A stretch of DNA of 64,000 nucleotides, taken from positions 6,566 through 70,565 of the forward strand of contig CAZQSM010000004.1 in NCBI GenBank assembly GCA_964596065.1, read 5' to 3'. The stretch is from an uncultured Chlorobiaceae bacterium. GTDB lineage: Bacteria > Bacteroidota > Ignavibacteria > UBA10030 > SZUA-254. Positions 54,417 to 64,000 of the stretch are shown here, piece after piece. The position numbers were made by a program, and so were the translations under genes. A model generated the notes under the pieces. It was not told the origin of the DNA and searched no databases. It was given only the letters and a program-made list of their open reading frames with translations. Within the stretch, counting starts at the first letter, position 1. Every line of letters begins with the position of its first letter.

Positions 54417-55181
54417 TCAGGCCGTCAGAATTTCAGCCGCGCCGGCCGTCACGAGCACCGTGTGCTCGAAGTGCGCCGACGGTTGCCGGTCGGACGTCCG
54501 GATCGTCCAGCCGTCCTTGTCCACGTCCACGCGGTACGCGCCGAAGTTGACCATCGGCTCGATCGCCAGCGTCATCCCCTCCTCGAGCGTCATCCCGGTG
54601 CCGGGGCTGCCGAAGTTCGGGACCGCGGGCTCCTCGTGGAGCTTCGTCCCGATCCCGTGGCCCACCAGGTCCCGCACCACGGAGAACCCGTCGGCCTCGA
54701 CGCGCCGCTGGACCGCCGCGGAAATGTCGTGGACCCGGTTCCCGGCGACGGTGGATTCGATCCCCCGCATCAGGGCCTCTTCGGTCACTCGCATCAGCCG
54801 CGCCTTGTCCGGGGAGATCTTCCCGACGGCGAACGTCCAGGCGCCGTCCCCGTAGTACCCGTTCTTCCTGACACCGACGTCGATCGCGACGATCTGCCCT
54901 TCGGCGAGGACCCTCTCCCCCGGTATCCCGTGGACGACTTCATCGTCGACCGAGGCGCAGATGCTCGCCGGGAAGAGGTTCCGCTTGTCGGTCCCGTAAC
55001 CCTTGAACGCCGGCTCGCCGCCCCGCGACCGGATGAGCGCCTCCGCGGCGGCGTCGAGTTCGATGGTGGACACTCCCGGCTTCACCATCGGCCGCAGGTG
55101 CCGCAGAACGTCCGCCACGATCGAGCAGCTCTCCCGCATGAGCTCGATCTCGCGGGGTGTCTTTCGGAGGCCCGCCTTCAT
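54417..55181 (-). CDS. map: type I methionine aminopeptidase
   Basis: Metal-ligand motifs (D...D...H...E...E) present. Start ATG 55181 ([16 protein letters not shown]) or 55208. Confidence 0.85.
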   Translation of the reverse strand: MKAGLRKTPREIELMRESCSIVADVLRHLRPMVKPGVSTIELDAAAEALIRSRGGEPAFKGYGTDKRNLFPASICASVDDEVVHGIPGERVLAEGQIVAIDVGVRKNGYYGDGAWTFAVGKISPDKARLMRVTEEALMRGIESTVAGNRVHDISAAVQRRVEADGFSVVRDLVGHGIGTKLHEEPAVPNFGSPGTGMTLEEGMTLAIEPMVNFGAYRVDVDKDGWTIRTSDRQPSAHFEHTVLVTAGAAEILTA

Positions 55182-55227
55182 TCCTGCCGTAATTCGTCGT
55201 GTTCGCAATGGTCCCCGTCGTCGTTCC

Positions 55228-56565
55228 TCAGCCCCGCCGCCCCTTGAGCTTGCCGCTTTTCATGAACCCGTCGTAATGGCGCATCAGCAGGTGCGATTCG
55301 ATCTGCTGGAGCGTGTCGAGGCCCACGCCGACGATGATCAGGAGGCTCGTTCCGCCGAAGAAGCTGGCGAAGTTCGAGGTCACCCCCATCCGCATCATGA
55401 ACGCGGGCAGAATGGCGATGAGCGCGAGGAAGATCGAGCCCGGGAGCGTGATCTTCGTCAGGATGTTGTCGATGAAATCCGACGTGTGCTTCCCGGGGCG
55501 GATGCCCGGGATGAAGCCGCCCTGTTTCTGCATCGTGTCGGCGACGTCCTTCGGGTTGAAGGCGACCGCCGTGTAAAAATAGGTGAAAAAGATGATCATC
55601 AGGCCGTAGATCACCGAGTAGGTGATCGAGGTGTAGTTCAGGTACCCCGAGACCACCTGCAGGAAGTCGCTGTCGGGGAAGAACGTCAGGATCGTGTTCG
55701 GAATGAACATGATCGCCTGCGCGAAAATGATCGGCATGACTCCCGCCGTGTTGACCCGCATCGGGATGTACTGCGTCACCCCCCCGTAGACCTTCCGGCC
55801 GACCACGCGCTTGGCGTACTGGACCGGGATGCGGCGGGTGCCCTGGGTGATCAGCACGATGGCCGCCACCACCAGCACCATCACCGCGATGATGATCAGC
55901 TCCACGATCAGGCCGCGCGCCTCGGAGGCCACGAGCCGGTATTCATCGTAGACCGCGTGCGGAAACCGCGCGATGATCCCGATGAAGATGATGAGCGAAA
56001 TGCCGTTGCCGATGCCGCGTTCCGTGATCTGCTCCCCGAGCCACATCATGAAGACGGTCCCGGCGGTCAGGATGATCATCGTGGAAAGGTGGAAGCCGAC
56101 GCCCTGGACGGCCATGGGGATGATCGACATCCCGTTGACCGACATGCTCGCGAGCTGGACGCTCACCCCCCACGCCTGCAGGAGCGAGATGCCGACCGTG
56201 CCGTACCGCGTCAGCTGGGTGATCTTCTTCCTCCCCTCTTCCCCCTCTTTCGAGAGCTTCTGGAAGTAGGGAACGACCGCGCCGAGGAGCTGGATGATGA
56301 TCGAGGCGCTGATGTAGGGCATGATGCCGAGCGCGAGGACCGCGGCGTTGCTGAACGCGCCGCCGACGAACAGGTCGTAGAGGCCGAAGAGCGTGTTGTC
56401 CGCCTGGTTCTTCAGCGCTTCCTGCAAAACGCTCGCGTCGATGCCCGGCAGGGTGACATGGGAGCCGAACCGGACCACGATCAGGAGGCCCGCGGTGAAC
56501 AGGATCCGCTGCCGGAGCTCCTGGATCTTGAAGATGTTGCGGAAACTTTCGGAGATCTTTCCCAT
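55228..56565 (-). CDS. secY: preprotein translocase subunit SecY
   Basis: 10-TM SecY. 445 aa. Confidence 0.9.
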   Translation of the reverse strand: MGKISESFRNIFKIQELRQRILFTAGLLIVVRFGSHVTLPGIDASVLQEALKNQADNTLFGLYDLFVGGAFSNAAVLALGIMPYISASIIIQLLGAVVPYFQKLSKEGEEGRKKITQLTRYGTVGISLLQAWGVSVQLASMSVNGMSIIPMAVQGVGFHLSTMIILTAGTVFMMWLGEQITERGIGNGISLIIFIGIIARFPHAVYDEYRLVASEARGLIVELIIIAVMVLVVAAIVLITQGTRRIPVQYAKRVVGRKVYGGVTQYIPMRVNTAGVMPIIFAQAIMFIPNTILTFFPDSDFLQVVSGYLNYTSITYSVIYGLMIIFFTYFYTAVAFNPKDVADTMQKQGGFIPGIRPGKHTSDFIDNILTKITLPGSIFLALIAILPAFMMRMGVTSNFASFFGGTSLLIIVGVGLDTLQQIESHLLMRHYDGFMKSGKLKGRRG

Positions 56566-56568
56566 CGG

Positions 56569-57051
56569 TTAGTTGCCGGTGCGGTTGATGACCGTGGCCG
56601 TGCCTCCGGCCGTTTCGATTTTTTTCGACGCCGTGCCGCTGAAGGCGTGCGCGGCGACGGTGACGGGTTTCGCGATCTCGCCGACCCCCAGGATTTTCAC
56701 CGGTTTGTGCTTCTTCGACACAAGTCCCGAAGCATAGAGCGTGGCAGGGGTGATCTCCTTCGCCTGGAGTTTTCCGGCGTCGACAGCCTTCGCGAGGTCG
56801 TCCAGATTGACGACCTGGTACTCGACCCTGAACGGGCTGTGGAATCCGAACTTGGGGACGCGCCGGACGAGCGGCATCTGTCCGCCCTCGAACCAGGGGC
56901 GGTTGTGCGTGCCCGAACGGGCGCCTTCGCCCTTGTGGCCGCGGGTGGCGGTGCCGCCGTGTCCCGAGCCCTGGCCGCGCGCGATCCGCTTGACCCGCTT
57001 GCGCGAGCCCTTGGCGTATTTGAGATTGCTTAAGACCGGGGTGCTCATCAC
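56569..57051 (-). CDS. rplO: 50S ribosomal protein L15
   Basis: KRVKRIARGQGSGHGGTATRGHKG signature. Confidence 0.85.
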   Translation of the reverse strand: MMSTPVLSNLKYAKGSRKRVKRIARGQGSGHGGTATRGHKGEGARSGTHNRPWFEGGQMPLVRRVPKFGFHSPFRVEYQVVNLDDLAKAVDAGKLQAKEITPATLYASGLVSKKHKPVKILGVGEIAKPVTVAAHAFSGTASKKIETAGGTATVINRTGN

Positions 57052-57239
57052 TTGACCTCTTCGACGTTCACTAGGTGGCGCACGGTCCGGATCATCCCGC
57101 GGATCTGCGGCGAATCCTCCTTGACCACGCTGTAGTTCGGCCTGCCGAGGCCGAGGGCTCTGATCGTGCGTTTCTGCGCTTCAAGGCAGTCGAGCTGGCT
57201 GACCACTTGCGTAATTTTCAATTTGATCGGCATTGTCAT
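57048..57239 (-). CDS. rpmD: 50S ribosomal protein L30
   Basis: 63 aa; IKLKITQVVSQLDCLEAQKRTIRALGL matches L30. Confidence 0.8.
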   Translation of the reverse strand: MTMPIKLKITQVVSQLDCLEAQKRTIRALGLGRPNYSVVKEDSPQIRGMIRTVRHLVNVEEVK

Positions 57240-57246
57240 CTTCTCC

Positions 57247-57771
57247 TTACTGCACCGGTTCCTTCGCGGGCTGCCCGAACAGCTCCGTCAGCGTCAGGCC
57301 CCTGAGCCTGGCCGTGCCGCGCGCGTCCCTGAGGCTCATCAGCGCCTTGAGCGTGGCCTTGACGATGTTGTGCGGGTTGGTCGACCCGATCGACTTCGTG
57401 AGGATGTCCCGGACTCCCGCGGATTCGAGCACCGCGCGGACCCCGCCGCCGGCGATCACGCCGGTGCCGGGCGAGGCCGGCATCAGCATGACCCTCGAAG
57501 CGCTGAATTTCGACTGGACCGGGTGGGGGATCGTCCCGTTCACGACCCTGACCTCGACGATGTGCTTTTTCGCCTCGTCGACGCCCTTGGAGATCGCGTC
57601 CTGCACCTCGTTGGCCTTGCCGAGCCCGACGCCGACGTGCCCCTTCCCGTCGCCCACGACGACGATGGCGCTGAAGCTGAACCGGCGCCCTCCCTTGACC
57701 ACCTTGGCCACGCGGTTGATGTGGACCAGCCGGTCCTTGAGATCCATGTCACCTGCTTTTATCCGAGACAC
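57247..57771 (-). CDS. rpsE: 30S ribosomal protein S5
   Basis: [24 protein letters not shown] signature. Confidence 0.9.
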   Translation of the reverse strand: MSRIKAGDMDLKDRLVHINRVAKVVKGGRRFSFSAIVVVGDGKGHVGVGLGKANEVQDAISKGVDEAKKHIVEVRVVNGTIPHPVQSKFSASRVMLMPASPGTGVIAGGGVRAVLESAGVRDILTKSIGSTNPHNIVKATLKALMSLRDARGTARLRGLTLTELFGQPAKEPVQ

Positions 57772-57806
57772 TGCGCTTCTCCGTTCTGTAATGGTTGCGT
57801 TGTCTG

Positions 57807-57877
57807 CTGCCGGGGGAGGAGTCGAACCTCCACTGACGGCTCCAAAGGCCGCTGTCCTGCCATTAGACGACCCGGCA
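57807..57877 (-). tRNA. tRNA-Gln (UUG) embedded between rpsE and rplR
   Basis: rc folds as acceptor TGCCGGG/CCCGGCA (U1:A72), D-arm GTC-TAATGGCAG-GAC, anticodon stem GCGGC/GCCGT with loop CTTTGGA (anticodon TTG), T-arm GGAGG-TTCGACT-CCTCC, discriminator G. 71 nt, short variable loop. Confidence 0.6.
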
Positions 57878-57913
57878 CTCCCGTCCCGTCAGCCGCCTGG
57901 GTCGACGGGCCCG

Positions 57914-58282
57914 TTAAAACTTCAACCCACCCTCGCGGGCCCCGTCGGCGAGCGACTTGACGATCCCGTGGTAGAGATAACCGTTCCGGTCGAAGACCAC
58001 GGTCGTGATCTTCTTTCCGATCGCCATTTTAGCGATGTGCTGCCCGAGCGATTTCGCCTTTTCCCGCTGCCCCTTCAGGGCGCTAAGCGCGTCCTTCAGC
58101 TCCTTGCTGAGCGACGAGGCGGCGACGAGCGTCTTCGACTGCGAATCGTCCACCACCTGCGCGTAGAGGTGCGACAGGCTGCGGTAGACGACCAGCCGCG
58201 GACGTTCCGTCGTGCCGCGGATTTTCTTGCGGACGCGCGACTTGACGCCAAGGCGTTTTTCGAGTCTCCTGTTCTTGATCAT
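57914..58282 (-). CDS. rplR: 50S ribosomal protein L18
   Basis: [20 protein letters not shown] signature. Confidence 0.9.
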   Translation of the reverse strand: MIKNRRLEKRLGVKSRVRKKIRGTTERPRLVVYRSLSHLYAQVVDDSQSKTLVAASSLSKELKDALSALKGQREKAKSLGQHIAKMAIGKKITTVVFDRNGYLYHGIVKSLADGAREGGLKF

Positions 58283-58283
58283 A

Positions 58284-58835
58284 TTATGCCTTTCCGGCTG
58301 TGGCCGCGGCCTTGCCGGCTTTCCGCCTGATGTATTCGCCTTCGTATTTTACGCCCTTGCCCTTGTACGGTTCCGGCGGCCGGAAGGAACGGATCTTCGC
58401 GGCGACCTGCCCGACGAGCTGCTTGTCGATCCCCGAGATCAGGAGCGCGGTCGGCTGCGGCACCTCGACCTTGACCCCCGCCGGCGGCGTGAAGAGGATG
58501 GGGTGGGAAAACCCGAGCGCGAACTGGATATGCTTCCCCTTCGGTTCGGCCTTGTAGCCGACGCCGACGATTTCGAGCTTGCGCTGGAAGCCTTCCGAGA
58601 CGCCGCGCATCATGTTCGAGAGGAGCGCCCGCCAGGTCCCGTGCAGCACCCGGTCCGACTTCCTGTCGGAGGCCCGCTTCACCAGGACCTCGGCGTCGCC
58701 GACCTCGAATGTGATCGACACGGGGACGTCGGCCGAGAGTTCACCCTTCGGACCGGTGACTTTCAGGCGCGCGCCCTTGCGTTCGATTTTGACTCCCTTG
58801 ATTGCGGCGATCGGCCGCCTTCCGATTCTGGACAC
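58284..58835 (-). CDS. rplF: 50S ribosomal protein L6
   Basis: MSRIGRRPI...two L6 alpha/beta domains. Confidence 0.9.
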   Translation of the reverse strand: MSRIGRRPIAAIKGVKIERKGARLKVTGPKGELSADVPVSITFEVGDAEVLVKRASDRKSDRVLHGTWRALLSNMMRGVSEGFQRKLEIVGVGYKAEPKGKHIQFALGFSHPILFTPPAGVKVEVPQPTALLISGIDKQLVGQVAAKIRSFRPPEPYKGKGVKYEGEYIRRKAGKAAATAGKA

Positions 58836-58859
58836 GTTGCTCTCCTTACCGTCGAATGA

Positions 58860-59255
58860 TTACCAAATGTAACAGAGGACTTCCCCGCCGACCTTCTTCG
58901 CCCGGGCGTCCCGGTCGGTCAGAATGCCCTGCGAGGTGGATATCAGGGCCAGGCCCAGGCCGTTCATCACCCTGGGGATCTCGCCGGCCTGCGTGTAGTG
59001 CCGCAGTCCCGGCCTGCTGATCCGCTTCAATCCCGTGATCGCGTTGACGCCCTCGGTGTACTTGAGGGCGATGTGCAGCACGCCCTGGCGGTTGTCCTTT
59101 GTCTCGGAAAAACCGGCGATGAGGCTCTTTGCCGCGAGGATCTTCGTGATCTCCCGCTTCAGGTTCGACGCCGGGACCTCGATCCTCTTGTGCCGGGCGT
59201 GGATGCCGTTCCGGATGCGGGTGAGATAGTCGGCGATGGGGTCTGTCGTCTGCAT
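58860..59255 (-). CDS. rpsH: 30S ribosomal protein S8
   Basis: MQTTDPIADYLTRIRNG signature. Confidence 0.9.
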   Translation of the reverse strand: MQTTDPIADYLTRIRNGIHARHKRIEVPASNLKREITKILAAKSLIAGFSETKDNRQGVLHIALKYTEGVNAITGLKRISRPGLRHYTQAGEIPRVMNGLGLALISTSQGILTDRDARAKKVGGEVLCYIW

Positions 59256-59273
59256 AATCGTCCTTAATGGTCC

Positions 59274-59459
59274 TTACCAGCTGGCCTTCACGACTCCGGG
59301 GATTTTCCCCTCGAGAGCCATTTTCCGGAAGCAGAGGCGGCAGATGCCGAATTTCCGCAGGAACGCCCGCGACCGTCCGCAGTTCTCGCAGCGGTTATGC
59401 ACGCGCACGGCGTACTTCGGCTTTCGTTTCGCTTTCACCCTCATTGCAAGTCGCGCCAA
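59274..59459 (-). CDS. rpsZ: 30S ribosomal protein S14 type Z (zinc-binding)
   Basis: 61 aa; [23 protein letters not shown] CxxC...CxxC ribbon. Confidence 0.85.
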   Translation of the reverse strand: MARLAMRVKAKRKPKYAVRVHNRCENCGRSRAFLRKFGICRLCFRKMALEGKIPGVVKASW

Positions 59460-59519
59460 CTGGAAGCTCCTCTCTGTCGTGATGGTATTGAATAATTCCG
59501 TCCGCCCGGGGCCGCCCCG

Positions 59520-60179
59520 TTACGCCGCCGCCTGTTCGTCGCGTTTCACGAACGGGAAGCCGAGCCCCTTGAGCAGCTCCATGGCCTCCTGGTCGGTTTC
59601 GGCGGTGGTGACGAACGTGATGTCCATCCCGAAGACGCGGGTCACCTTGTCCACGTCGATTTCGGGGAAGATGATCTGCTCCTTGACGCCGACCGTGTAA
59701 TTGCCGCGCCCGTCGAACGACTTGTCCGAGAACCCGCGGAAGTCGCGGATGCGGGGCACCGCGACCGACACGAACCGGTCCATGAATTCATACATCTTGT
59801 GCTTTCGAAGCGTCACCCTGACCCCGATCGGCAGCCCTTCGCGGAGCTTGAAGTTCGAGATCGCCTTCTTCGCCTTGGTGATGACGGGCTTCTGTCCGAC
59901 GATGGTCTCGAGTTCCTTCAGGACGGTGTCCAGGATCTTGGGATCCTGCGTCGCCGCCCCGACGCCGATGTTGACGGCGATCTTGTGGAGCCTCGGCACC
60001 TGCATCACGCTCTTGTACTTGAAGCGCTTCATCAGGTCCGGGGTCACCGTGGCCCGGTAGAGCGTGTCGAGCCGGGGCGCGACGCCCTTCTCCTCGACGT
60101 GGCTCTGCGCGGCCTTTTCGGCCTTCGGCGCCTGTTCAGATTTCGCTTTTTTCTCTTTTGCCATTGCCGGTTCTTTCAC
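59520..60179 (-). CDS. rplE: 50S ribosomal protein L5 with Lys-rich N-terminal extension
   Basis: Conserved L5 core from [15 protein letters not shown] onward, preceded by [17 protein letters not shown]. Alternative ATG at 60164. Confidence 0.85.
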   Translation of the reverse strand: MKEPAMAKEKKAKSEQAPKAEKAAQSHVEEKGVAPRLDTLYRATVTPDLMKRFKYKSVMQVPRLHKIAVNIGVGAATQDPKILDTVLKELETIVGQKPVITKAKKAISNFKLREGLPIGVRVTLRKHKMYEFMDRFVSVAVPRIRDFRGFSDKSFDGRGNYTVGVKEQIIFPEIDVDKVTRVFGMDITFVTTAETDQEAMELLKGLGFPFVKRDEQAAA

Positions 60180-60503
60180 TTAAAACATCTGTTCGCATTT
60201 TTTGCAGATCCGCATCGTGTGCCTGCGGCCGCTCGCCGCGTCGACGACCTGCCGCCGGCCGAGCCTCGAAGGCTTGTTGCACTTCGGGCAGACCACCATC
60301 ACGTTGGCGGTATGGATCGACCCTTCCCGCTGGACGATGCCGCCCTGCGGATTTTTCTGGGACGCCTTCGTGTGGCGCTTGATGATGTTGACGCCCTCGA
60401 CGACCGCGCGGCCCTTCTCGCGGAAAACCTTGAGGACCTTCCCCGACTTGCCGCGTGCGTTGCCCGCGACGACCATCACCATATCGTTTTTTTGGATGCT
60501 CAT
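60180..60503 (-). CDS. rplX: 50S ribosomal protein L24 (KOW) with CxxC...CxxC C-terminal zinc-ribbon variant
   Basis: KOW motif VMVVAGNARGKSGKV. C-terminus CPKCNKPSRLGRR...ICKKCEQ. Confidence 0.85.
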   Translation of the reverse strand: MSIQKNDMVMVVAGNARGKSGKVLKVFREKGRAVVEGVNIIKRHTKASQKNPQGGIVQREGSIHTANVMVVCPKCNKPSRLGRRQVVDAASGRRHTMRICKKCEQMF

Positions 60504-60522
60504 GACCGTACCGTATTCCCTG

Positions 60523-60891
60523 TTATAAAACTTCGGGCGCCAGTGATATGATTTTCATGTAATTCTTTTCCCGCAGCTCCCTGGCCACCGGGCCGAAGAT
60601 GCGCGTTCCACGCGGCTCGCCCTGCGGGGTGAGCAGGACCGCGGCGTTCTCGTCGAAGCGGATGAAGGACCCGTCCTTGCGGCGGACCTCCTTCCTCGTG
60701 CGGACGATGACGGCGCGGGACACCTCGCCCTTCTTCACCCCCGCGCCGGGAATGGCGCTCTTCACGGAGACCACGATCAGGTCGCCGATGCCGGCGTACC
60801 GGCGATCGTGCCCGCCGAGGACGCGGATGCAGCGGACCTTTTTCGCCCCCGAATTGTCCGCGACCACGAGATTAGTTTCTTCCTGGATCAT
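60523..60891 (-). CDS. rplN: 50S ribosomal protein L14
   Basis: [19 protein letters not shown] signature. Confidence 0.9.
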   Translation of the reverse strand: MIQEETNLVVADNSGAKKVRCIRVLGGHDRRYAGIGDLIVVSVKSAIPGAGVKKGEVSRAVIVRTRKEVRRKDGSFIRFDENAAVLLTPQGEPRGTRIFGPVARELREKNYMKIISLAPEVL

Positions 60892-60904
60892 ATCGCACCG
60901 CCTG

Positions 60905-61177
60905 CTATTTGGCTTTCTCGATGATTTCCACTAGACGCCACCGCTTCGTCTTGCTGAGCGGCCGGGTTTCCATGACGCGGACCAGGTCGCCGATGCCGGC
61001 CTCCTGCTTCTCGTCGTGGGCCGTGAGTTTCACGGTGCGCTTGAAATACTTCCGGTACACCGGATGCGGCACTTTCCGTTCGATCGTCACCACGATGCTC
61101 TTCTGCATCTTGTTGCTGACGACCCGTCCCTGGCGTACTTTCCTGTGCGTGGTTCGTTCGTTCATGGTCTCTTCCAT
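60905..61177 (-). CDS. rpsQ: 30S ribosomal protein S17
   Basis: [18 protein letters not shown]...[16 protein letters not shown] signature. Confidence 0.85.
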   Translation of the reverse strand: MEETMNERTTHRKVRQGRVVSNKMQKSIVVTIERKVPHPVYRKYFKRTVKLTAHDEKQEAGIGDLVRVMETRPLSKTKRWRLVEIIEKAK

Positions 61178-61183
61178 CGTCGG

Positions 61184-61405
61184 TTATGCCGCGGTCGTCG
61201 GGGCGGCCGGTTCCGCCGCCGCCTGTTTCTGCCGCAGGATGGTTTTCATCCGCGCGATTTCGCGCCGGACGCTGCGGATCTTGATCGGGCTCTCCAGCTG
61301 GCTCGTCGCCTTCTGGAATTTCAGGTGGACGAGGTTTTCCTCCTCCTCCCGGATCCGTTTTTCGAGCTCGGGCGTCGCCAGGACGCGTATGTCAGATGCT
61401 TTCAT
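61184..61405 (-). CDS. rpmC: 50S ribosomal protein L29
   Basis: MKASDIRVLATPELEKRIREEEENL signature. Confidence 0.85.
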   Translation of the reverse strand: MKASDIRVLATPELEKRIREEEENLVHLKFQKATSQLESPIKIRSVRREIARMKTILRQKQAAAEPAAPTTAA

Positions 61406-61415
61406 GTTCGGTTCC

Positions 61416-61841
61416 TTATCCGGCGAGGCCCAGCGTGGGGCGCGCCACCATCCTCGTTTTGATCGGTAATTTCCGGGAGGCGAGCTTCAGGGCCTCCGAC
61501 GCCGTGGCCCTGTTGACGCCGCCGAGTTCGAACATCACCGTGCCGGGCTTCACCACCGCCACCCAGAATTCGGGGACGCCCTTTCCGCTTCCCATTCTCG
61601 TTTCCGCCGGCTTCTTGGTGACCGGCTTCGTCGGGAAAATGCGGATCCAGACCTTTCCTTCGCGCTTCATCAGCCTCGTGAGCGCCACGCGGGCGGCCTC
61701 GATCTGCCGCTGCGTGATCCAGCCCGGCTCCATCGCCTTGAGGCCGTAATCGCCAAAATTGATCGCCGCGCCTCGGGTGGCCTTGCCCTTCATCCGTCCG
61801 CGCTGCGCCTTACGGTATTTGACTCTCTTCGGTAATAACAT
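61416..61841 (-). CDS. rplP: 50S ribosomal protein L16
   Basis: [19 protein letters not shown] signature. Confidence 0.9.
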   Translation of the reverse strand: MLLPKRVKYRKAQRGRMKGKATRGAAINFGDYGLKAMEPGWITQRQIEAARVALTRLMKREGKVWIRIFPTKPVTKKPAETRMGSGKGVPEFWVAVVKPGTVMFELGGVNRATASEALKLASRKLPIKTRMVARPTLGLAG

Positions 61842-61884
61842 TTCGCTTCCTTAGTATTTCCGTTCGCCCGTCTTCGGGTCGGCG

Positions 61885-62526
61885 CTATTTCGCCGCGGGA
61901 CGTTCGAGCATCTCGCCCCGGCAGATCCAGACCTTGACGCCGATCGTCCCGTAGATGGTCATCGCCGTCGCCTGGGCGTAATCGATGTCCGCGCGGAGCG
62001 TGTGGAGCGGGATCCTCCCCTCCTTGTACTGTTCGGTCCGGGCGATCTCGGCGCCGCCGAGGCGGCCGGCGCACATGATGCGGATCCCCTCGGCGCCCAT
62101 CCTCATCGAGGAGGTGAGGCCCATTTTCATCGCGCGCCGGAACGAGGTCCTTCCCTCGAGCTGCCCGGCGATGTTTTCGGCCACGAGGAACGCGTCGAGT
62201 TCGGGACGTTTGACCTCGTGGATCAGGATCTTCACCTCCTTGGAGGTGAGCTGCTTGAGCTCCTCCTCGAGCTGCGAAATTTCCTTGCCGCTCCGGCCGA
62301 TGACGATGCCGGGCCGCGAGGTGTGGATCGTGATGACCGCTCGCTTCGGCGTCCGTTCGATGAGGACCCGGGAGATCCCCGCCTTCTTGAGGCGGTTCGA
62401 CACGTAGTTCCTGATCTTCAGGTCTTCCTGCAGCTTGTCCGCGAACGTCTTGTCGTCGTACCAGTTCGAATCCCACGTGCGCAGAATGCCGAGCCTGAAA
62501 CCGACCGGGTGTACCTTCTGTCCCAA
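61885..62526 (-). CDS. rpsC: 30S ribosomal protein S3
   Basis: [14 protein letters not shown]; KH domain. Confidence 0.9.
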   Translation of the reverse strand: MGQKVHPVGFRLGILRTWDSNWYDDKTFADKLQEDLKIRNYVSNRLKKAGISRVLIERTPKRAVITIHTSRPGIVIGRSGKEISQLEEELKQLTSKEVKILIHEVKRPELDAFLVAENIAGQLEGRTSFRRAMKMGLTSSMRMGAEGIRIMCAGRLGGAEIARTEQYKEGRIPLHTLRADIDYAQATAMTIYGTIGVKVWICRGEMLERPAAK

Positions 62527-62534
62527 AGGTCCTC

Positions 62535-62957
62535 CTATTCTTTCGCTGTTTTCTTGTTTGATTTGGCGGCCTGCGGCGGCGTCACCGGGGCGGCTTTCTT
62601 CTTCTGCCGTCCGGCCCGCTGGTCGACCACGATCGTCACGTGGTTCGATCGCTTCACGATGCGGAACGCCCGGCCCATCGGGGCGGGGAGGATCCGTTTC
62701 ATGCTGGGGCCCGGATCGACGAAGGCTTCCTTGACGAACAGCGACTCGACCTCGGTCCGTCCGTCCTGGTCCTTGTTCTGGTAGTTCGAGACCGCGGAGC
62801 GGAGCACCATTTCGGCGACCTTCGCGGGGTGCTTCGTTGAATAGTGGAGGATCGTCAGCGCCTCGGGTACCGATTTTCCGCGGATGAGGTCGATGACGAG
62901 CCTCATCTTCCGCGGCGAGGAGCCGATATAACGGTTGATCGCGCGAGCTTCAGCCAT
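62535..62957 (-). CDS. rplV: 50S ribosomal protein L22 with basic C-terminal tail
   Basis: L22 core plus [23 protein letters not shown] tail. Confidence 0.85.
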   Translation of the reverse strand: MAEARAINRYIGSSPRKMRLVIDLIRGKSVPEALTILHYSTKHPAKVAEMVLRSAVSNYQNKDQDGRTEVESLFVKEAFVDPGPSMKRILPAPMGRAFRIVKRSNHVTIVVDQRAGRQKKKAAPVTPPQAAKSNKKTAKE

Positions 62958-62961
62958 GGGG

Positions 62962-63252
62962 TCAGCCTCCCACCGAACTCGACGCTTCGCTCTTGAGCCC
63001 CGGGTGCGAGCGGAAGAGGCGCGTGGGGGCGAATTCCCCCAGCTTGTGCCCCACCATGCTTTCGTGGACGTAGACCGGGATGAACTTGTTCCCGTTGTGG
63101 ACCGCGAGCGTATGGCCCACGAACTCGGGCGTGATGGTGGAGGCCCGGGACCAGGTCTTGATCACCTTTTTCTGCCCGGACTGGGCCATCGCGTCGACCT
63201 TCGCCTGGAGCCTCGGATCGACATAGGGACCCTTTTTGAGTGAACGTGCCAT
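62962..63252 (-). CDS. rpsS: 30S ribosomal protein S19
   Basis: [12 protein letters not shown]...[17 protein letters not shown] signature. Confidence 0.9.
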   Translation of the reverse strand: MARSLKKGPYVDPRLQAKVDAMAQSGQKKVIKTWSRASTITPEFVGHTLAVHNGNKFIPVYVHESMVGHKLGEFAPTRLFRSHPGLKSEASSSVGG

Positions 63253-63257
63253 GCGAT

Positions 63258-64000
63258 TTATTTCCTGCGTTTAACGATGTACTTGTTCGACGCGAGCTTG
63301 TGGCGGCGCGTCTTCTTCCCCTTCGTGTGCCAGCCCCACGGCGACACGGGGTGCGGATTGCCCTGCGGCGATTTGCCCTCACCGCCGCCGTGCGGATGGT
63401 CGACTGGGTTCTGGACCACGCCCCTGGACTGCGGCCTGATGCCGAGCCACCGGGAGCGTCCCGCCTTGCCCAGGCTGATGTTCTCGTGGTCGCGGTTGCT
63501 GACGATGCCGATCGTGGCGTACGACGTCACGGGGAAGTTCCTGATCTCGCCCGAGGGGAGCTTCAACTGTGCGAACCTACCCTCCTTCGCCATCAGCTGG
63601 ATGCCGGTGCCCGCGCTCCGGGCGATCTGCGCGCCGCGCCCGGGACGCATCTCGATGGCGTGCACCGTCGTGCCCACGGGGATGTTCGCGAGCGGCATCG
63701 CGTTGCCGACCTTGATCTCGGACTTGTCGCCCGACATCAGGACGTCGCCGACCTTGATCCCGTCGGCGGCGAGGATGTACCGCTTCTCCCCGTCGGCGTA
63801 GCAGAGCAGGGCGATCCGGGCCGAGCGGTTCGGATCGTACTCGATCGCCGTGACCTTCGCCGGGATGTTGCGCTTGTCCCGCTTGAAATCGATGATCCGG
63901 TAGAAGCGCTTGTGCCCACCGCCCCGGTGGCGGGAGGTGATGTGTCCGTTGGTATTCCGCCCGCCGGTCCTCCTGAGCGGTTCGATGAGGCCTTTTTCCG
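63258..64000 (-). CDS. rplB: 50S ribosomal protein L2 (partial, N-terminus beyond window end)
   Basis: L2 C-terminal signature ([22 protein letters not shown] region; [10 protein letters not shown]). The ORF continues past coordinate 64000. Confidence 0.85.
   Translation of the reverse strand, partial: EKGLIEPLRRTGGRNTNGHITSRHRGGGHKRFYRIIDFKRDKRNIPAKVTAIEYDPNRSARIALLCYADGEKRYILAADGIKVGDVLMSGDKSEIKVGNAMPLANIPVGTTVHAIEMRPGRGAQIARSAGTGIQLMAKEGRFAQLKLPSGEIRNFPVTSYATIGIVSNRDHENISLGKAGRSRWLGIRPQSRGVVQNPVDHPHGGGEGKSPQGNPHPVSPWGWHTKGKKTRRHKLASNKYIVKRRK

Noticed and set aside
55209-56568. Expected adk between secY and map
   Set aside because: The secY stop and map start are 20 nt apart with no room for an ORF. 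The absence appears genuine rather than a missed gene.
55003-57033. 676-aa plus-strand ORF antisense to secY/rplO
   Set aside because: Antisense to universally conserved genes; RD-rich low-complexity.
1-64000. CRISPR arrays, integrases, transposases, restriction-modification or toxin-antitoxin modules
   Set aside because: I looked for direct-repeat/spacer periodicity, DDE/tyrosine-recombinase motifs and paired small ORFs and found none. The window looks like core chromosome.

Overview
This is a high-GC (roughly 65-70%) bacterial chromosomal segment that is almost fully coding, with most genes on the minus strand. Several secreted proteins end in a Bacteroidota-style type IX secretion (T9SS) C-terminal sorting domain, and ribosomal proteins carry Lys/Ala-rich tails. 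I take this to indicate a high-GC member of the FCB superphylum, for example Gemmatimonadota or a related candidate phylum; that placement is inference. The window is not a compact mobile island. I found no CRISPR array, integrase or transposase.

Gene content, low to high coordinates:
- 0.2-12.1 kb: a long minus-strand gene train. It holds a lipoprotein, a SAM-dependent methyltransferase, a Tat-signal protein, T9SS cargo proteins, a DUF4412 protein, a mini-CDGSH protein, an FG-GAP cargo protein and thiI.
- 12.2-16.3 kb: an operon in which glcD and glcF bracket an esterase and a rhomboid protease.
- 16.3-21.2 kb: DAHP synthase, another T9SS cargo protein, a radical-SAM/SPASM-fold protein that lacks the CxxxCxxC cluster motif, and tyrS.
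- 21.9-29.8 kb: hpnC-hpnD-hpnE (squalene synthesis) fused in one operon with an amidohydrolase, a tandem-ABM protein and a DUF885 protein.
- 29.9-34.8 kb: a CAU-anticodon tRNA directly upstream of tilS, then ftsH (no hpt between them), a small polyprenol-kinase-like protein and an orphan GroES-like protein.
- 34.8-39.3 kb: a second rhomboid paired with a second CCG-domain Fe-S oxidoreductase (HdrD-like), plus a PhzF-family protein.
- 39.4-42.7 kb: rdgB, radA and nadK.
- 42.7-48.2 kb: an LPS-core-type cluster of three GT2 glycosyltransferases, an O-antigen-ligase-like protein and an MsbA-like exporter.
- 48.2-50.8 kb: leuS.
- 50.9-64.0 kb: the ribosomal alpha/spc/S10 region, rplQ through rplB. 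It lacks adk and has a tRNA-Gln between rpsE and rplR.

Most worth a second look: the two independent rhomboid + CCG-domain Fe-S oxidoreductase loci, the cysteine-less radical-SAM/SPASM homolog next to a T9SS cargo protein, the accessory genes attached to hpnCDE, the orphan GroES-like protein, and the tRNA(CAU) sitting against tilS.
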